A stretch of 64,000 bases of DNA from a bacterium (GTDB taxonomy: Bacteria > Bacillota > Clostridia > Lachnospirales > Lachnospiraceae): NCBI GenBank assembly GCA_030535455.1, contig JAUNJY010000013.1, positions 2,646 through 66,645 on the forward strand, in the 5' to 3' direction. Of this stretch, positions 21,461 to 33,569 are shown piece after piece (the first letter of the stretch is position 1; each line of letters starts with the position of its first letter). The notes beneath the pieces were generated by a model. That model did not search any database and was not told the origin of the DNA. It saw only the letters and a list, made by a program, of their open reading frames with translations. The translations under genes and the position numbers were made by a program.

Positions 21461-21508
21461 TGAAGGGCCGATACCATGACTAAATCTAGCTATGGTATCG
21501 GCTCTTTC
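21461..21508 (+). terminator. Intrinsic terminator
   Basis: GAAGGGCCGATACCAT...ATGGTATCGGCTCTTTC. Confidence 0.65.
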
Positions 21509-21683
21509 GTTTAAGATTTTATTTTTTTATAACAGTGTTTTTTACACCGCTGCAAGAACTGTAGTATGTTTTCTTATCTACCGTCTTATACATCCTAATC
21601 CGAACATAGTATCTCTTATTTCTGCTTAACTTGCTTACCTATGCTATCGTAAACTCTACTATATATATCGTACAATTTTAGTA

Positions 21684-23102
21684 TTATTTTAATGCAGGTA
21701 TTGTAATCGTTTCTTCTTGCCCATTTACTGTACAGGCAAACTGATAGACTGGCTGATAGAAGCCTTTTGTATCTAATACGTACTTTAACTTACACTCTCT
21801 AACTTCAAGAGTAATCCGGCCACTTTCATAGGAATTGAATTTCCCTTCACAAATTCTTTCGTAAGCCTCTTTCTCACTAATTGCCTCCAACTGTTTATAT
21901 AAGGAGCATGAAATCAAGTTGTTTTCGATTGTAGAGAAACGTCTGTTGCCATAATACCCACAAACCAATGATCCATTTATAATTCCGGATCCTTCACTGA
22001 TCATATCTGCGGTAAACTGATATTGCCCGGACTCTAACACTTTAAATTCTGCCTGTTTCGGCACGTCGATCTGATATGTTAACAGGGCTTCGCGAATTTC
22101 CTTCTCGGATACATTTGCTCTCTTCTCCGAAGACACCTCCTCAAATAAGGCATCAAAATCTGTAAAGCTATAGGTTTCTCCCTTATAGTCAACCCATAGA
22201 TTATAGGTATCCATAGCATAGAAAATTGCTGTGTCATTATAAAAATCATTTCTAGTCTGGTCCAGCTCTTCTCCCAAACCATGAAAGAACTGTTCTGCAA
22301 ATTGTATACACTCTTCTTTGGATGCTGTAGGGCTGATGTATACCGGAAGCTCTGTCCTTTGATCACTATACGTTTTGGTAGTAGTTACATCAATTAAATC
22401 CTTGTCATATTTGTATATATATTGATAACTTACATTGCCAAGTTCTTTCTGTTCATATGTAACAAATATGGTCATAAACACAGCTAACGTTATTACAAGC
22501 GGCAGCTGAAGGGCTAGAATGCTTACTAAGCTTCTCTTCTCCTCTTTGTTCTTTCTTATATATGCACACACTGCATATGCAAAAACAAAACAGCCATACC
22601 CAATCATGGTACCTAATGTATTATTCATTATGTCATCCAGTTCAAATATTCCGCGTTTTAGTAGCAGCTGTGTCAACTCAATCAACATAGTGAATGCAAA
22701 TCCAGTCAAATACGTCTTCCAAAAACATCGAAACTTTTTCATTCCGACTGGCAGCCAAAAACCAAGAGGTACAAACATGCATATATTCAATATGATATTT
22801 CTCCATGAAGAGGTGGAGAAATTCACCCAAGCTTCAAGATAGGAATAGAACAATGGCATAATCTTTGTATTTTGCCAGAAGCCGCTTCGTCCCATCAGCG
22901 TTGCACCAATTACAACGATCACATAGCAAATCAATACTGCCCACCATAAAAGCCTTACTACTCTAACTTTCTTCTCTCCCTTTAACACTCTTCGATAGAC
23001 TAAAAAATATCCTATGACAAATACAAGCGCCATAACAACCAGCGCTACAAGTCCTAACGTCAGATATCGTTGAGCCAGGTTAATCAAATCCGAAATTCTC
23101 AT
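21684..23102 (-). CDS. VanZ-family membrane protein with extracytoplasmic C-terminal domain
   Basis: NICMFVPLG...IELTQ...RGIFELDDIMNNTLG; start at MRISDL (GGAGAG RBS). Confidence 0.85.
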   Translation of the reverse strand: MRISDLINLAQRYLTLGLVALVVMALVFVIGYFLVYRRVLKGEKKVRVVRLLWWAVLICYVIVVIGATLMGRSGFWQNTKIMPLFYSYLEAWVNFSTSSWRNIILNICMFVPLGFWLPVGMKKFRCFWKTYLTGFAFTMLIELTQLLLKRGIFELDDIMNNTLGTMIGYGCFVFAYAVCAYIRKNKEEKRSLVSILALQLPLVITLAVFMTIFVTYEQKELGNVSYQYIYKYDKDLIDVTTTKTYSDQRTELPVYISPTASKEECIQFAEQFFHGLGEELDQTRNDFYNDTAIFYAMDTYNLWVDYKGETYSFTDFDALFEEVSSEKRANVSEKEIREALLTYQIDVPKQAEFKVLESGQYQFTADMISEGSGIINGSLVCGYYGNRRFSTIENNLISCSLYKQLEAISEKEAYERICEGKFNSYESGRITLEVRECKLKYVLDTKGFYQPVYQFACTVNGQEETITIPALK

Positions 23103-23243
23103 GGTCTTCTCTCTCCTTTGTATTGTTTCTCCTCGACTATAATAGCATACATGGTGCCAATACGACATGATATTTCAACTAAAAGAAGGAAGAAAAGCCT
23201 AACGCATCCTGCGTGTCTTTCCTTCCTCTATCTTTTTTCATTA

Positions 23244-23657
23244 CTAATGTCGTGTCTTTTTATTTGTAATCGACAAACGAGACATTGCTCTTGCTAACGA
23301 GGCATTGGAATGGTAGTATTCCTGAATACTCTTCTTTTGACGAAGCTGCTCCTCTGCTCGCTCTTTAGCTTCCATAGCCCTTCTTCGATCCACTTGTTCC
23401 GGTGTCTCTAGCGTATCTACAATAATCGTTGCCCTGTTATGACTTACTTGGGCAAAGCCCTTTCCTACAACACCTAGCGCCCACTCACCACTCTCAAGCT
23501 GGATATACAATTCGCCTATTTCTACTGCAAATGCAGCATTCTCATGGTGTGCCTGAATTGCATAGCTTCCGTCTTCAAGCGGAATGATTACCTGCTTACA
23601 TAGTCCTGCATAAAACGTATGGTCACAAGCAATGACTCTTACATAGAATGCCTCCAT
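23244..23657 (-). CDS. atpC: F1Fo ATP synthase epsilon subunit
   Basis: Last gene of atp operon; AHHEN, RAMEAKERAEEQL, LARAMSRL. Confidence 0.9.
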   Translation of the reverse strand: MEAFYVRVIACDHTFYAGLCKQVIIPLEDGSYAIQAHHENAAFAVEIGELYIQLESGEWALGVVGKGFAQVSHNRATIIVDTLETPEQVDRRRAMEAKERAEEQLRQKKSIQEYYHSNASLARAMSRLSITNKKTRH

Positions 23658-23658
23658 G

Positions 23659-25080
<1,422 letters not shown>

Positions 25081-25104
25081 TTAGTGGGAAGAACTCCTTT
25101 CCAC

Positions 25105-25995
25105 CTAGCGTTTCTTTTTTCGTTTTTGTGCCTTGGCACCACTTACAACCTCAGTTAACTCCTGAGTAATTACTGCCTGCCTTAACCGGTTATAATCCAC
25201 CATTAATAGCTGCAGCATATCCTTTGCACTCTTTGTTGCACTTTCCATGGCTGTCATCCTGGCGGTCTGCTCACTGGCATAAGACTCTACTAATGCGCCA
25301 TAAATGACACCTGCCATATAGTTTGGTACCATATGGTTTAATAAATGCTCCCAGGATGGATAGGCAGTCCAATCATCTGCATATACTTCATGCTTATTCT
25401 TTAATAAAGACTCCATGTGTAATGGTAATAAGCGCTCAAATTCCACATCCATGCTCATTGCATTTATCATTCTTGTATAGATAATATAGATCTCATCCAG
25501 CTTATCATCTTCGTATAGCGAAAGAACCCGTTCTGATATGGTCCTTGCGCGGCTTAAGGTTGGATTTTGAACTGTGTAGTGGAACTGTGTATCCACATCC
25601 ACTGCTTCCTTGGCAAAATGATGCCTTCCCAGTTCACCAACAACAAATAAATGATTGTTTGGGCTCTGTTTCATGATTGCATGTGCCATCTTGAATACAT
25701 TATGATTATAAGCTCCTGCCATACCTTTATCTGCTGTTACGATAATATAGCCTCTCTGGATCTCTTCTTCTTTTTTATCATTCTTTGGATGGATATAAAT
25801 ACTGTCTGATCCCGGTATATGTCTTAAAAATCTTGAGAAGCTTGCCTGAAGCAGATAAAAATAAGGTTCTGTATCTTCAAGCTGTTTCTTTGCTCCGCGT
25901 AGTTTCGAAGAGGAGATCATGTACATTGCATTGGTAATCTTCATCGTATCTTTAATACTTCTCATTCTCTTTTGAATCTCTTTTGTACTAGCCAT
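25105..25995 (-). CDS. atpG: F1Fo ATP synthase gamma subunit
   Basis: KITNAMYMISSSK, ASEQTARMTAM, RQAVITQEL. Confidence 0.97.
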   Translation of the reverse strand: MASTKEIQKRMRSIKDTMKITNAMYMISSSKLRGAKKQLEDTEPYFYLLQASFSRFLRHIPGSDSIYIHPKNDKKEEEIQRGYIIVTADKGMAGAYNHNVFKMAHAIMKQSPNNHLFVVGELGRHHFAKEAVDVDTQFHYTVQNPTLSRARTISERVLSLYEDDKLDEIYIIYTRMINAMSMDVEFERLLPLHMESLLKNKHEVYADDWTAYPSWEHLLNHMVPNYMAGVIYGALVESYASEQTARMTAMESATKSAKDMLQLLMVDYNRLRQAVITQELTEVVSGAKAQKRKKKR

Positions 25996-27513
25996 CTATA
26001 CCCACCTACTTTTATACTCATTTACAGCCGTGATAATGGCCTCTCTCTGTTCATCGGCAAGCTCTTTCGTATCAGCGATCTGATTTATTATCTCAGGATG
26101 TTCTGTGCGTATAAAGCTAAGCATTCCCTGTTGGAATTCCTTCACTCGGCTAGTCTCAATCTCAGATAACATATGCGTATTGGCAACCACCAGGGTAATG
26201 ACTTCATCTGCAAGGCTTAATGGATGATATAATGGCTGCTTTAATAATTCCATTAATACATGGCCATGTTTTAACTGCTGCTTGGTGCTCTCATCCAGAT
26301 CCGCACTAAATTGTGTAAACACTTCCATTTCACGAAATTGCGCCAAATCAATACGGATGCTGCCGGAAGCCTTTTTCATTGCTTTTGTCTGTGCAGCTCC
26401 ACCAACTCTTGATACGGATAAGCCGACGTTGACGGCAGGTCTCATGCCTGCGAAGAATAAATCGCTTTCCAAAAAGATCTGTCCATCTGTAATGGAAATA
26501 ACATTGGTCGGAATATATGCTGAAACATCTCCAGCTAATGTCTCAATCATTGGAAGGGCGGTAATGGAACCTCCCCCTAATTTATCATTGAGCTTACAAG
26601 ACCTTTCTAATAATCTGGAGTGAAGATAGAATACATCTCCCGGATACGCCTCTCTGCCCGGAGAACGCTCCAGTAATAATGAAATTGCACGATACGCAAC
26701 GGCATGCTTTGACAGATCATCATAGACAATCAGGACATCTTTTCCCTGATACATAAAATACTCTGCCAAGGAGGTTGCGGAATACGGTGCAATATACTGA
26801 AGGGATGCGGAATCACTTGCTGTAGCTGATAGGACAATGGAATACCTCATGGCATCATATTTATTTAGTGTACTTACAATCTTAGCAACCGTGGATGCCT
26901 TCTGGCCAATTGCTACATAGATACAAATGACATCCTTATCATGCTGGTTAAGTATTGTATCCATTGCCAGCGCCGTCTTACCAGTCTGGCGGTCACCAAT
27001 AATCAACTCTCTTTGTCCACGTCCGATTGGGAACATGGAATCAATTGCAAGGATTCCTGTCTGCATCGGCTGATTTACAGACTTACGATCAACAATTCCA
27101 GGTGCCTCATTTTCAATCGGCCTGATTTCTGAAGAAGGAATTTCCCCTTTTCCATCAATCGGTGCACCAAGTGCGTCAACAACACGCCCCAAAAATCCAT
27201 CTCCAACGGGAATTCCTGCTCTTCTCTTTGTTCTGGATACCTTGGTGCCTTCCTTAATTTCCTTATCTTTTCCTAGTATGATACAGCCAATCTGGTCTCT
27301 TTGGATATCCTGAACCAGCCCTTTCATACCATTTTCAAATATAATGATCTCGCCGTACATGACATGCTCAATCCCATAAATCGTAGCAATGCCGTCGCCA
27401 ACCCAGATAACCGAACCAACTTCCTGCTCATCCAGATTGAACTCATAATTAACTATTTCCTCTCGTAATATGGATATAATTTCTTCTGAACTAATTGAGC
27501 TCATGGATATCAC
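25996..27513 (-). CDS. atpA: F1Fo ATP synthase alpha subunit
   Basis: [28 protein letters not shown]. Confidence 0.98.
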   Translation of the reverse strand: MISMSSISSEEIISILREEIVNYEFNLDEQEVGSVIWVGDGIATIYGIEHVMYGEIIIFENGMKGLVQDIQRDQIGCIILGKDKEIKEGTKVSRTKRRAGIPVGDGFLGRVVDALGAPIDGKGEIPSSEIRPIENEAPGIVDRKSVNQPMQTGILAIDSMFPIGRGQRELIIGDRQTGKTALAMDTILNQHDKDVICIYVAIGQKASTVAKIVSTLNKYDAMRYSIVLSATASDSASLQYIAPYSATSLAEYFMYQGKDVLIVYDDLSKHAVAYRAISLLLERSPGREAYPGDVFYLHSRLLERSCKLNDKLGGGSITALPMIETLAGDVSAYIPTNVISITDGQIFLESDLFFAGMRPAVNVGLSVSRVGGAAQTKAMKKASGSIRIDLAQFREMEVFTQFSADLDESTKQQLKHGHVLMELLKQPLYHPLSLADEVITLVVANTHMLSEIETSRVKEFQQGMLSFIRTEHPEIINQIADTKELADEQREAIITAVNEYKSRWV

Positions 27514-28013
27514 CCTCTAACTAAAATTTGCTTTAACTGCTCTAACCGTCCTTTCAGGCTCCAATCAATCTCGTAATCTTTGACACGAAGTAAAAATCCA
27601 CCTAATAAGTCAGCTCGTTCCTCAATTTTTAGAGTTACCTTCTTCTTTCCATACCGTTTGGCAATGTACCGGTTAAATCCTTGGATTTCTTTCTCATCCG
27701 GTTCTTTATAACAATATAAAATTGCCTTGATGATGCCTTTCTGTTCATTGGAATATGCCGTATAGGCCCGAAAGATTTCTTCAATACTTCCAATTGTCTG
27801 GTAGTCGCATAACACTTTTAGAAAATTCGTCATCTCTTTCGGAAAAATACGTTCAATCACACGTCGTTTTGCCTTGGCATCTACCACAGGACTGGTAAGA
27901 CTTTTTAATAGCACAGGATTTTCTTCAAATATCTTCTTGCAGTTTAAAATGACTTCTTCCGATACCTTTAGTTCATACAAGACAATTGCATAATTCATTT
28001 CAATCTGTGTCAT
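27510..28013 (-). CDS. atpH: F1Fo ATP synthase delta subunit
   Basis: YAIVLYEL...[19 protein letters not shown]; operon position. Confidence 0.9.
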   Translation of the reverse strand: MTQIEMNYAIVLYELKVSEEVILNCKKIFEENPVLLKSLTSPVVDAKAKRRVIERIFPKEMTNFLKVLCDYQTIGSIEEIFRAYTAYSNEQKGIIKAILYCYKEPDEKEIQGFNRYIAKRYGKKKVTLKIEERADLLGGFLLRVKDYEIDWSLKGRLEQLKQILVRG

Positions 28014-28494
28014 TGAGTTCTCCTGCTTTCGCTAAAAATTGATTGTATATTCCCTTATTTAGTTCCTTTGTGCTTTCTTCATGAAGAATCTTTTCCGCAG
28101 ACAGCAGAGCAAGCTTTGAAATCTCTGACTTCAGACTGCTCATTACCCTTTGCCTCTCCATTTCAATATTCTCCTGTGCCTGCTTTAATGCGATTGCCGC
28201 CTGTTTATCCGCTTCTTTTACCTTGCTGTCATATTCTTTGTCTGCCCTGTTTTTTGCCTGATCAATGATCTGGGCTGACTCCTGTTTAGCTCCGCTAAGA
28301 ATATTCTCACACTTCTTCTCAAGCTCAGTGGCCTTACTCTGCTTTTCCTCAGCATCTGCCATTTGTGAGTCAATCATACTTTGTCTTTTTTCGATAATTG
28401 CCATAACCGGCTTCAATAAATATCTCTTACAGATCCAATATAAAATAAGAATATTTATGATTGTAAAAACAATGTTCCAATCCAGTCTTAGCAT
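28000..28494 (-). CDS. atpF: F1Fo ATP synthase subunit b
   Basis: N-terminal TM, KPVMAIIEKRQ, coiled coil. Confidence 0.92.
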   Translation of the reverse strand: MLRLDWNIVFTIINILILYWICKRYLLKPVMAIIEKRQSMIDSQMADAEEKQSKATELEKKCENILSGAKQESAQIIDQAKNRADKEYDSKVKEADKQAAIALKQAQENIEMERQRVMSSLKSEISKLALLSAEKILHEESTKELNKGIYNQFLAKAGELNDTD

Positions 28495-28524
28495 GGTCCT
28501 CTACAACCTTTCACTATTTTTTCG

Positions 28525-28749
28525 TTATTTTAATAAAAGAATGATTAACAAGGAAATAACAAAACCATAGATTGCAGTTGCTTCTGCAAGTGCACATCCA
28601 AGAAGTAATGACTTGCTGATCTTGCCTTCTGCCTCAGGCTGTCTGGCAATGGATTCTGTAGCCTTTCCTGTAGCAATTCCGATACCAATACCGGCTCCAA
28701 TACCAGTTAATACTGCAATTCCTGCTCCGATTGCAATTAATGTTGACAT
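28525..28749 (-). CDS. atpE: F1Fo ATP synthase subunit c
   Basis: GAGIGIG, ARQPE loop, LAEATAIYG. Confidence 0.95.
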   Translation of the reverse strand: MSTLIAIGAGIAVLTGIGAGIGIGIATGKATESIARQPEAEGKISKSLLLGCALAEATAIYGFVISLLIILLLK

Positions 28750-28769
28750 AATATCTGCTCCTTTTCTCT

Positions 28770-29456
28770 TTACTCTACTGACTCTCTTACAAATAGTGAT
28801 GTAAGAAATACGAAAACATATGCCTGTAACAATCCATCAAAAATATCAAAATAGAAACTAAATGGGACAGGCACGACGATTGGCACGATCAACTTAATCA
28901 GTTCCATGACGACAAAGGAACCTAATATATTACCAAACAGTCGCATACATAAAGAAAGTGGTCGAATAAATATCTCCAGCACATTGATTGGTGCAATAAT
29001 TGCAATGGGCTCTGCAAATCCTTTGATCCATCCCTTCGTTCCTCTCTGATGAATCCTTGCATATTCAATTAGCAGAATGCTCATAAGCGATAATGCAGCG
29101 GTTACCCCTAAGTCTTTCGTAGGTGGCTTAATCCCAATTAATCCAATCAGATTAGCAATTGCAAGATAAATGCCTACTGTGCAAAGATATGGCGTATATC
29201 TTCTTCCATGCTCACCCATGGTGTCATTAAAGAATGCATACATTCCGCCAACTGCTACTTCAAGAAGAAGCTGCTTGTTTCCTGCACCTTTTACCTTCAG
29301 GTTACGAACAAGACAAATCGATAAAACAAGCAGTACTGCCATGATCAGCCAGGTAATCACCACTGACTCTGCAACTGCTATTCCACCAAAAATCGGAATG
29401 GTGAATACTGTGTCGCAGTTCAGCTCTTCAACAAGTTCTTTTGACAAATCTTCCAT
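28770..29456 (-). CDS. atpB: F1Fo ATP synthase subunit a
   Basis: [27 protein letters not shown]; start at MEDLS (AGGAAGT RBS). Confidence 0.95.
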   Translation of the reverse strand: MEDLSKELVEELNCDTVFTIPIFGGIAVAESVVITWLIMAVLLVLSICLVRNLKVKGAGNKQLLLEVAVGGMYAFFNDTMGEHGRRYTPYLCTVGIYLAIANLIGLIGIKPPTKDLGVTAALSLMSILLIEYARIHQRGTKGWIKGFAEPIAIIAPINVLEIFIRPLSLCMRLFGNILGSFVVMELIKLIVPIVVPVPFSFYFDIFDGLLQAYVFVFLTSLFVRESVE

Positions 29457-29597
29457 TTCAGCCACTTCCTTTCCTAATGATATATTGTGCATTTTTTTAT
29501 ATTTTATTGACAAAATAAAAAATAGTCACATCATAATAAAGTTAATTAAAATGATATGACTATATTTTTATTTTGCTATAAATCTTTTATAATACGA

Positions 29598-30917
29598 TCA
29601 ACCTATTCCACCGTATCCAATTCCTACGATAATGACAACCAATGTGATCAAAGTGAACACGTACTTGCCCATTATCATAAATCCATTGCCAAGCTTACGC
29701 TTTGCTCCTTTATTTACTTCTCTTAAGATCTGTTCCTTCTTGTTTGTATAGAAAAATACAATTGCGACAATTAACGCTCCCAACGGAGTAATCACAATTG
29801 TCATTACATTTACAAAAAGATCAAATAGATTTAAATCCATTGCAATCGGAATGGAGCATAATACAGCAATAATACCAACACCAACCGCTGCTTTTTTCCT
29901 TGAAACTTTCGATACGGATACAATTGCCTCCACAGGTCCCTCTAGCATATTGACGCCAGACGAGATTGCAGCAAATATAATACTTAAGAAGAATAAGGCA
30001 CTAATTACATTGCCATATGGCATACTTTGAAATACCTTAGGCACCGTAATGAATAGCAAAGATGGTCCTGCCGTCGGATTAAGTCCAAACGCATAAACTG
30101 CTGGAATAATCATAAAAGATGCTAATAACGCTGCAATTGTATCAAATACTGCCGTCATTATTGCTGATTTTGGAATATCATAACTGTCTTTTGCATAGCT
30201 TCCATAAGCAACTAATGCACATCCCGACAAGGATACGGTAAAGAATGCCTGTCCTAATGCCATAATCCATGTTTCTGTCTTTGCTATCAGATCCCATCTT
30301 GGAATAATCAGATGTCTTACGCCTTCCATTGCTCCAGGTAAGGTGATTGCTCTTATGGTTAACAGGATAAATAAGAGTAATAACATTGGCATTACAATCT
30401 TATTTAATCGTTCAATTCCTTTAGAGACTCCCAGACAAATTATAAAAACGATGATCACTACTGCTACAATAAACCATGGCATTGCATCCTTTGTCCCTGC
30501 AAATCCATTAAAATAAGCCTCTGGATCAATTTCACCAATCTTTCCTGTCACACTCATGCAAAAATACTTTAAGATCCATCCAATTACAATCGAGTAAAAC
30601 ATAAATACTCCCACCGTACCAATGGTAGGTACTAGTCCAACAATATTTTTGCCTTTGTAACCTTTGCCTTCAAATATCTTTCTAATTGCTGCGAATGATC
30701 CCGTCTTATGCATTCTGCCAAAGGTAAATTCTATTATGAGTCCTGTCGTTCCCAATAAAAATACAAACAGAAAATAGGGAATTAAAAAGGCAGCCCCCCC
30801 ATACTTTCCAAGCTTGTAAGAAAACATCCATATGTTTCCCAGTCCTAACGCTGCACCTACACAAGATAGAATAAACCCCATGTTCGATGTAAACTGTTCT
30901 CTCTTTTGTTTCTTCAT
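29598..30917 (-). CDS. Sodium-dependent transporter, SNF/NSS family; possibly Trp/aromatic amino acid uptake
   Basis: GAALGLGNIWMF...GGAAFLIPY, ALGQAFFTVS; substrate inferred from upstream Trp leader. Confidence 0.88.
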   Translation of the reverse strand: MKKQKREQFTSNMGFILSCVGAALGLGNIWMFSYKLGKYGGAAFLIPYFLFVFLLGTTGLIIEFTFGRMHKTGSFAAIRKIFEGKGYKGKNIVGLVPTIGTVGVFMFYSIVIGWILKYFCMSVTGKIGEIDPEAYFNGFAGTKDAMPWFIVAVVIIVFIICLGVSKGIERLNKIVMPMLLLLFILLTIRAITLPGAMEGVRHLIIPRWDLIAKTETWIMALGQAFFTVSLSGCALVAYGSYAKDSYDIPKSAIMTAVFDTIAALLASFMIIPAVYAFGLNPTAGPSLLFITVPKVFQSMPYGNVISALFFLSIIFAAISSGVNMLEGPVEAIVSVSKVSRKKAAVGVGIIAVLCSIPIAMDLNLFDLFVNVMTIVITPLGALIVAIVFFYTNKKEQILREVNKGAKRKLGNGFMIMGKYVFTLITLVVIIVGIGYGGIG

Positions 30918-30988
30918 TTTTTCCTCCTAGTAATTCTATCTATACAAAAGTCTCATTTCTCCTATGTAAGCTCCTTTGCTAGAAATGC

Positions 30989-31198
30989 AAAAAAACAGAG
31001 CCTCATAGAAAAATCTATGTGACCCTGTTTTCATTTCTCATTGAAAAGGCCAGCATAGATACAATCGCTTAATAAAAAGAGATTGTATCTATGCTGATTT
31101 AAAGTTTCGTTAAATCAAAACACAAACACAACCTATCTGAAACGCCAGATAGTACTAGTAAAAACTTTTTGGTTGATTGCTTTTGTGTTATGATTCAT
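30989..31198 (-). promoter_or_regulatory. Putative ribosome-mediated Trp attenuator: leader peptide, alternative hairpins and terminator
   Basis: Leader ORF with Trp codon inside hairpin CTATCTG/CAGATAG; perfect 16-bp stem 31051-31096; terminator with T7 at 30989-31031. Confidence 0.65.
31133..31198 (-). CDS. 21-aa leader peptide MNHNTKAINQKVFTSTIWRFR
   Basis: AGAGG RBS, ATG...TGG CGT TTC AGA TAG; downstream of a near-consensus promoter. Confidence 0.6.
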   Translation of the reverse strand: MNHNTKAINQKVFTSTIWRFR

Positions 31199-31237
31199 CT
31201 TCTTTTTTCCTCTTTCCAATTTGTAGTATTGAGGATG

Positions 31238-31266
31238 ATTTTAACAAACTGATTATGGTTTGTCAA
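31238..31266 (-). promoter_or_regulatory. Sigma-A promoter of the SNF transporter leader
   Basis: TTGACA-17bp-TAAAAT with extended -10 TG. Confidence 0.7.
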
Positions 31267-31327
31267 CCTAATTTCTAAAATACACAAAATGTGAAAACCA
31301 TTGAATAAATAATAACATCACGTAAAG

Positions 31328-31975
31328 CTATTTTACTTCTTTGGTGCCTCTTTCTTCCTGTTCACATTCTATATTCGTTTCGTATTGTTTTTTTGTTTCA
31401 AGTAAATTATCCAGATGATGGAAAAAATCAATCGTTCGCTCTGAGTCCATACTTTCTTTTACTGGTGCTTCAATATAAGGAATACTAATTCCTCGCTCAT
31501 TTAACATCTCATCTAATACTTCAGTCATAACACCATATACAGTCGTTTGATCCTGTGATTTTTCGTCCTCCACCATGGATTCTGTTTTGTGTTTATTTTC
31601 CTTATGCTTTCCCCAGTATATACTGCAATTAGGGCTGCCTTGTATTCCGATAAAACACAAAAGTGTATTTGCATTATTTTGAAGTTCACAAATCATATCC
31701 ACGTAGCTTTCCAATGACTCTCTGCAATGCTTTCGAAAAAACACATTATCATACTGCTGTCTTCCCTGGGGATTTCTCCAATACCCCATTGCCGTAAACT
31801 CTGGACATGGAAGCTGAATAATTGAGATATGTTTACTCAAAAAATAACTGGTGACTTTCTCTGCAACCTGATATCGTCTTCCTAATAAATGTACTCTGGT
31901 TGATGGATTAAGCAGACAATGAGATACTATAATAAAATAACGTTTTTTAGACACTTGCATCTTCCTTTTCACCAC
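31328..31975 (-). CDS. DUF523/TudS-related (CD3072-like) putative Fe-S desulfidase
   Basis: SHCLLN...QLPCPEF...GSPNCS cysteine pattern; start uncertain (GTG 31975 or ATG 31960). Confidence 0.7.
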   Translation of the reverse strand: MVKRKMQVSKKRYFIIVSHCLLNPSTRVHLLGRRYQVAEKVTSYFLSKHISIIQLPCPEFTAMGYWRNPQGRQQYDNVFFRKHCRESLESYVDMICELQNNANTLLCFIGIQGSPNCSIYWGKHKENKHKTESMVEDEKSQDQTTVYGVMTEVLDEMLNERGISIPYIEAPVKESMDSERTIDFFHHLDNLLETKKQYETNIECEQEERGTKEVK

Positions 31976-32022
31976 TGACCTATACTTTTATTATCTGTAT
32001 CTTTTTGCACACTACACCCATA

Positions 32023-32059
32023 AGAATTTACCAGTGTCCGAAACTTCTTGAACAGAAAC
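32023..32059. repeat. att-like copy 1 of the GGGtGRT 3' end (version A)
   Basis: AGAATTTACCAGTGTCCGAAACTTCTTGAACAGAAAC identical to 39652-39688; TTGTGTGCTAC at 32094. Confidence 0.9.
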
Positions 32060-32166
32060 GGTAGGAGTGAATTTTCAGGAATGTAAAGGATACTTGTGTG
32101 CTACTTAGCATATCTATCTGCATCACTATATATTGTTACTAAATATAATATTCCTTATCTTTACTT

Positions 32167-32433
32167 CTAAAATCTTTGCCTTTTTAATTCCATGTATTCC
32201 TCATAAGCCTCAGCTATCCTACTTCTACATACCTCTTTCCAAAGCTCCACAAGTTCATCAAAATGCTCTGCATCTTCATCAAAGGTATCTACTTCAAGAT
32301 TGTGCTGGGCAACATCATCAAGCTTTTCAACAAGTCCATCTTGATTTGCGTATACAATTACATTATCAGTCTCAGAATAGCTAAAACAATCGCACCCAAC
32401 ACAGTACTTTTTCGTACCATGACGGGTGCAGTT
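32167..32433 (-). pseudogene. Start-less acidic ORF remnant at the islet edge
   Basis: Open frame HGTKKYCVGCDCFSYSETDNVIVYANQDGLVEKLDD...YMELKRQRF* preceded by in-frame stops; family not recognised. Confidence 0.45.
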
Positions 32434-32486
32434 CTATATATAAAGTTATTAAGTTCTTCTGACAGCTTTACTTGTAATCCCTATTC

Positions 32487-33380
32487 CTAATCTATGGACT
32501 CAAATTGGATTGGCTTAACTAATTTACTTAATGTTCTAAATTCATATCCTTTTTTCTGTAATTGTTCAATAATAGAGGGTAAAGCATCTATTACTGCTTC
32601 CTTTCCAGGAATATCGTGCATTAACAAAATACTCTTGTCTTTATAACTACTCTCCGTTACTGCCTTTTCAATTAGCTTTTCACCTGTAAATCCATCACAA
32701 TCTCCATCATAGGCATTCCAGTCATAATAAACTAATCCTTTGCTTTTCACTGCACTTAAAAGATCTTCTCTAATATGAGAACTGTATCCTGCATTACTTC
32801 CACCTGGGAATCGGAAGATGTTATTTCTTTTTCCTGTTGCCTCAAAAATAATATCTGCCATCTTTTCGTAATCCTCTAAGTAACTATCTACTGAACTATA
32901 GATTTCATTATACCTATGTGAAAAGGTATGCACTGCCACTACATGTCCTCTTCGATCAATTTCCTTAAGGCTGTCAATTAACTTTTGTCCAGTTAGGAAC
33001 TGTGCCGTTACAAAAAATGTTGCCTTTACATTATATTTATCTAAAACATCTAAAAGCTCTGGCGTTGACTTATAAGGACCATCATCAAATGTCAGATAGA
33101 CAACCTTTCCACTCTTTTCTTGTTCTACTTTTTCTACCTTTTCCATTTCTTTTTTAGGTGCCTCTGTTGGCTTTTCTGTTGCCTGCAATAATGCCTGTGC
33201 CTCACTACTTATTTGATTCGTGTCAACTTTTTTATTTACCTCAAGTACTCGAAATTCATCTTCTACTTTATTATTTGTCTTTGCAAAACAGTTTAAATAA
33301 ATTCCAGTGCCTAAAATTAGTACTACTACTAACATAAGTAGTTTTCTGAAATGTCGTTTTATCTTATTTTTATGTCTCAT
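32487..33380 (-). CDS. Polysaccharide/peptidoglycan deacetylase (CE4, PgdA-like)
   Basis: YLTFDDGP, HTFSH, FRFPGGS, ILLMHD; N-terminal TM. Confidence 0.92.
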   Translation of the reverse strand: MRHKNKIKRHFRKLLMLVVVLILGTGIYLNCFAKTNNKVEDEFRVLEVNKKVDTNQISSEAQALLQATEKPTEAPKKEMEKVEKVEQEKSGKVVYLTFDDGPYKSTPELLDVLDKYNVKATFFVTAQFLTGQKLIDSLKEIDRRGHVVAVHTFSHRYNEIYSSVDSYLEDYEKMADIIFEATGKRNNIFRFPGGSNAGYSSHIREDLLSAVKSKGLVYYDWNAYDGDCDGFTGEKLIEKAVTESSYKDKSILLMHDIPGKEAVIDALPSIIEQLQKKGYEFRTLSKLVKPIQFESID

Positions 33381-33453
33381 ATATTCTCCCTTTATGTTGT
33401 TATTAATTCGTTTTCAATCATAACCCACTAATATATGTATCCTTTTTGTTAAT

Positions 33454-33470
33454 TGTAAGGTAGTTGTAAA
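33454..33470. promoter_or_regulatory. Putative OmpR-family operator upstream of the deacetylase
   Basis: TGTAAG-N5-TGTAAA; same motif at 34484. Confidence 0.55.
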
Positions 33471-33569
33471 ATATTCGTATAAAACTATACATCTAAGCTT
33501 CTTTGCAATATAAAAAAAGGAATGCCCCTTATATTTATGACATTCCTTATCGACTATATTTTATTCTTC

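Noticed and set aside
30960-31230. T-box riboswitch before the SNF transporter
   Set aside because: No AGGGTGGNACCGCG-type T-box or specifier stem seen; a leader peptide explains the region better.
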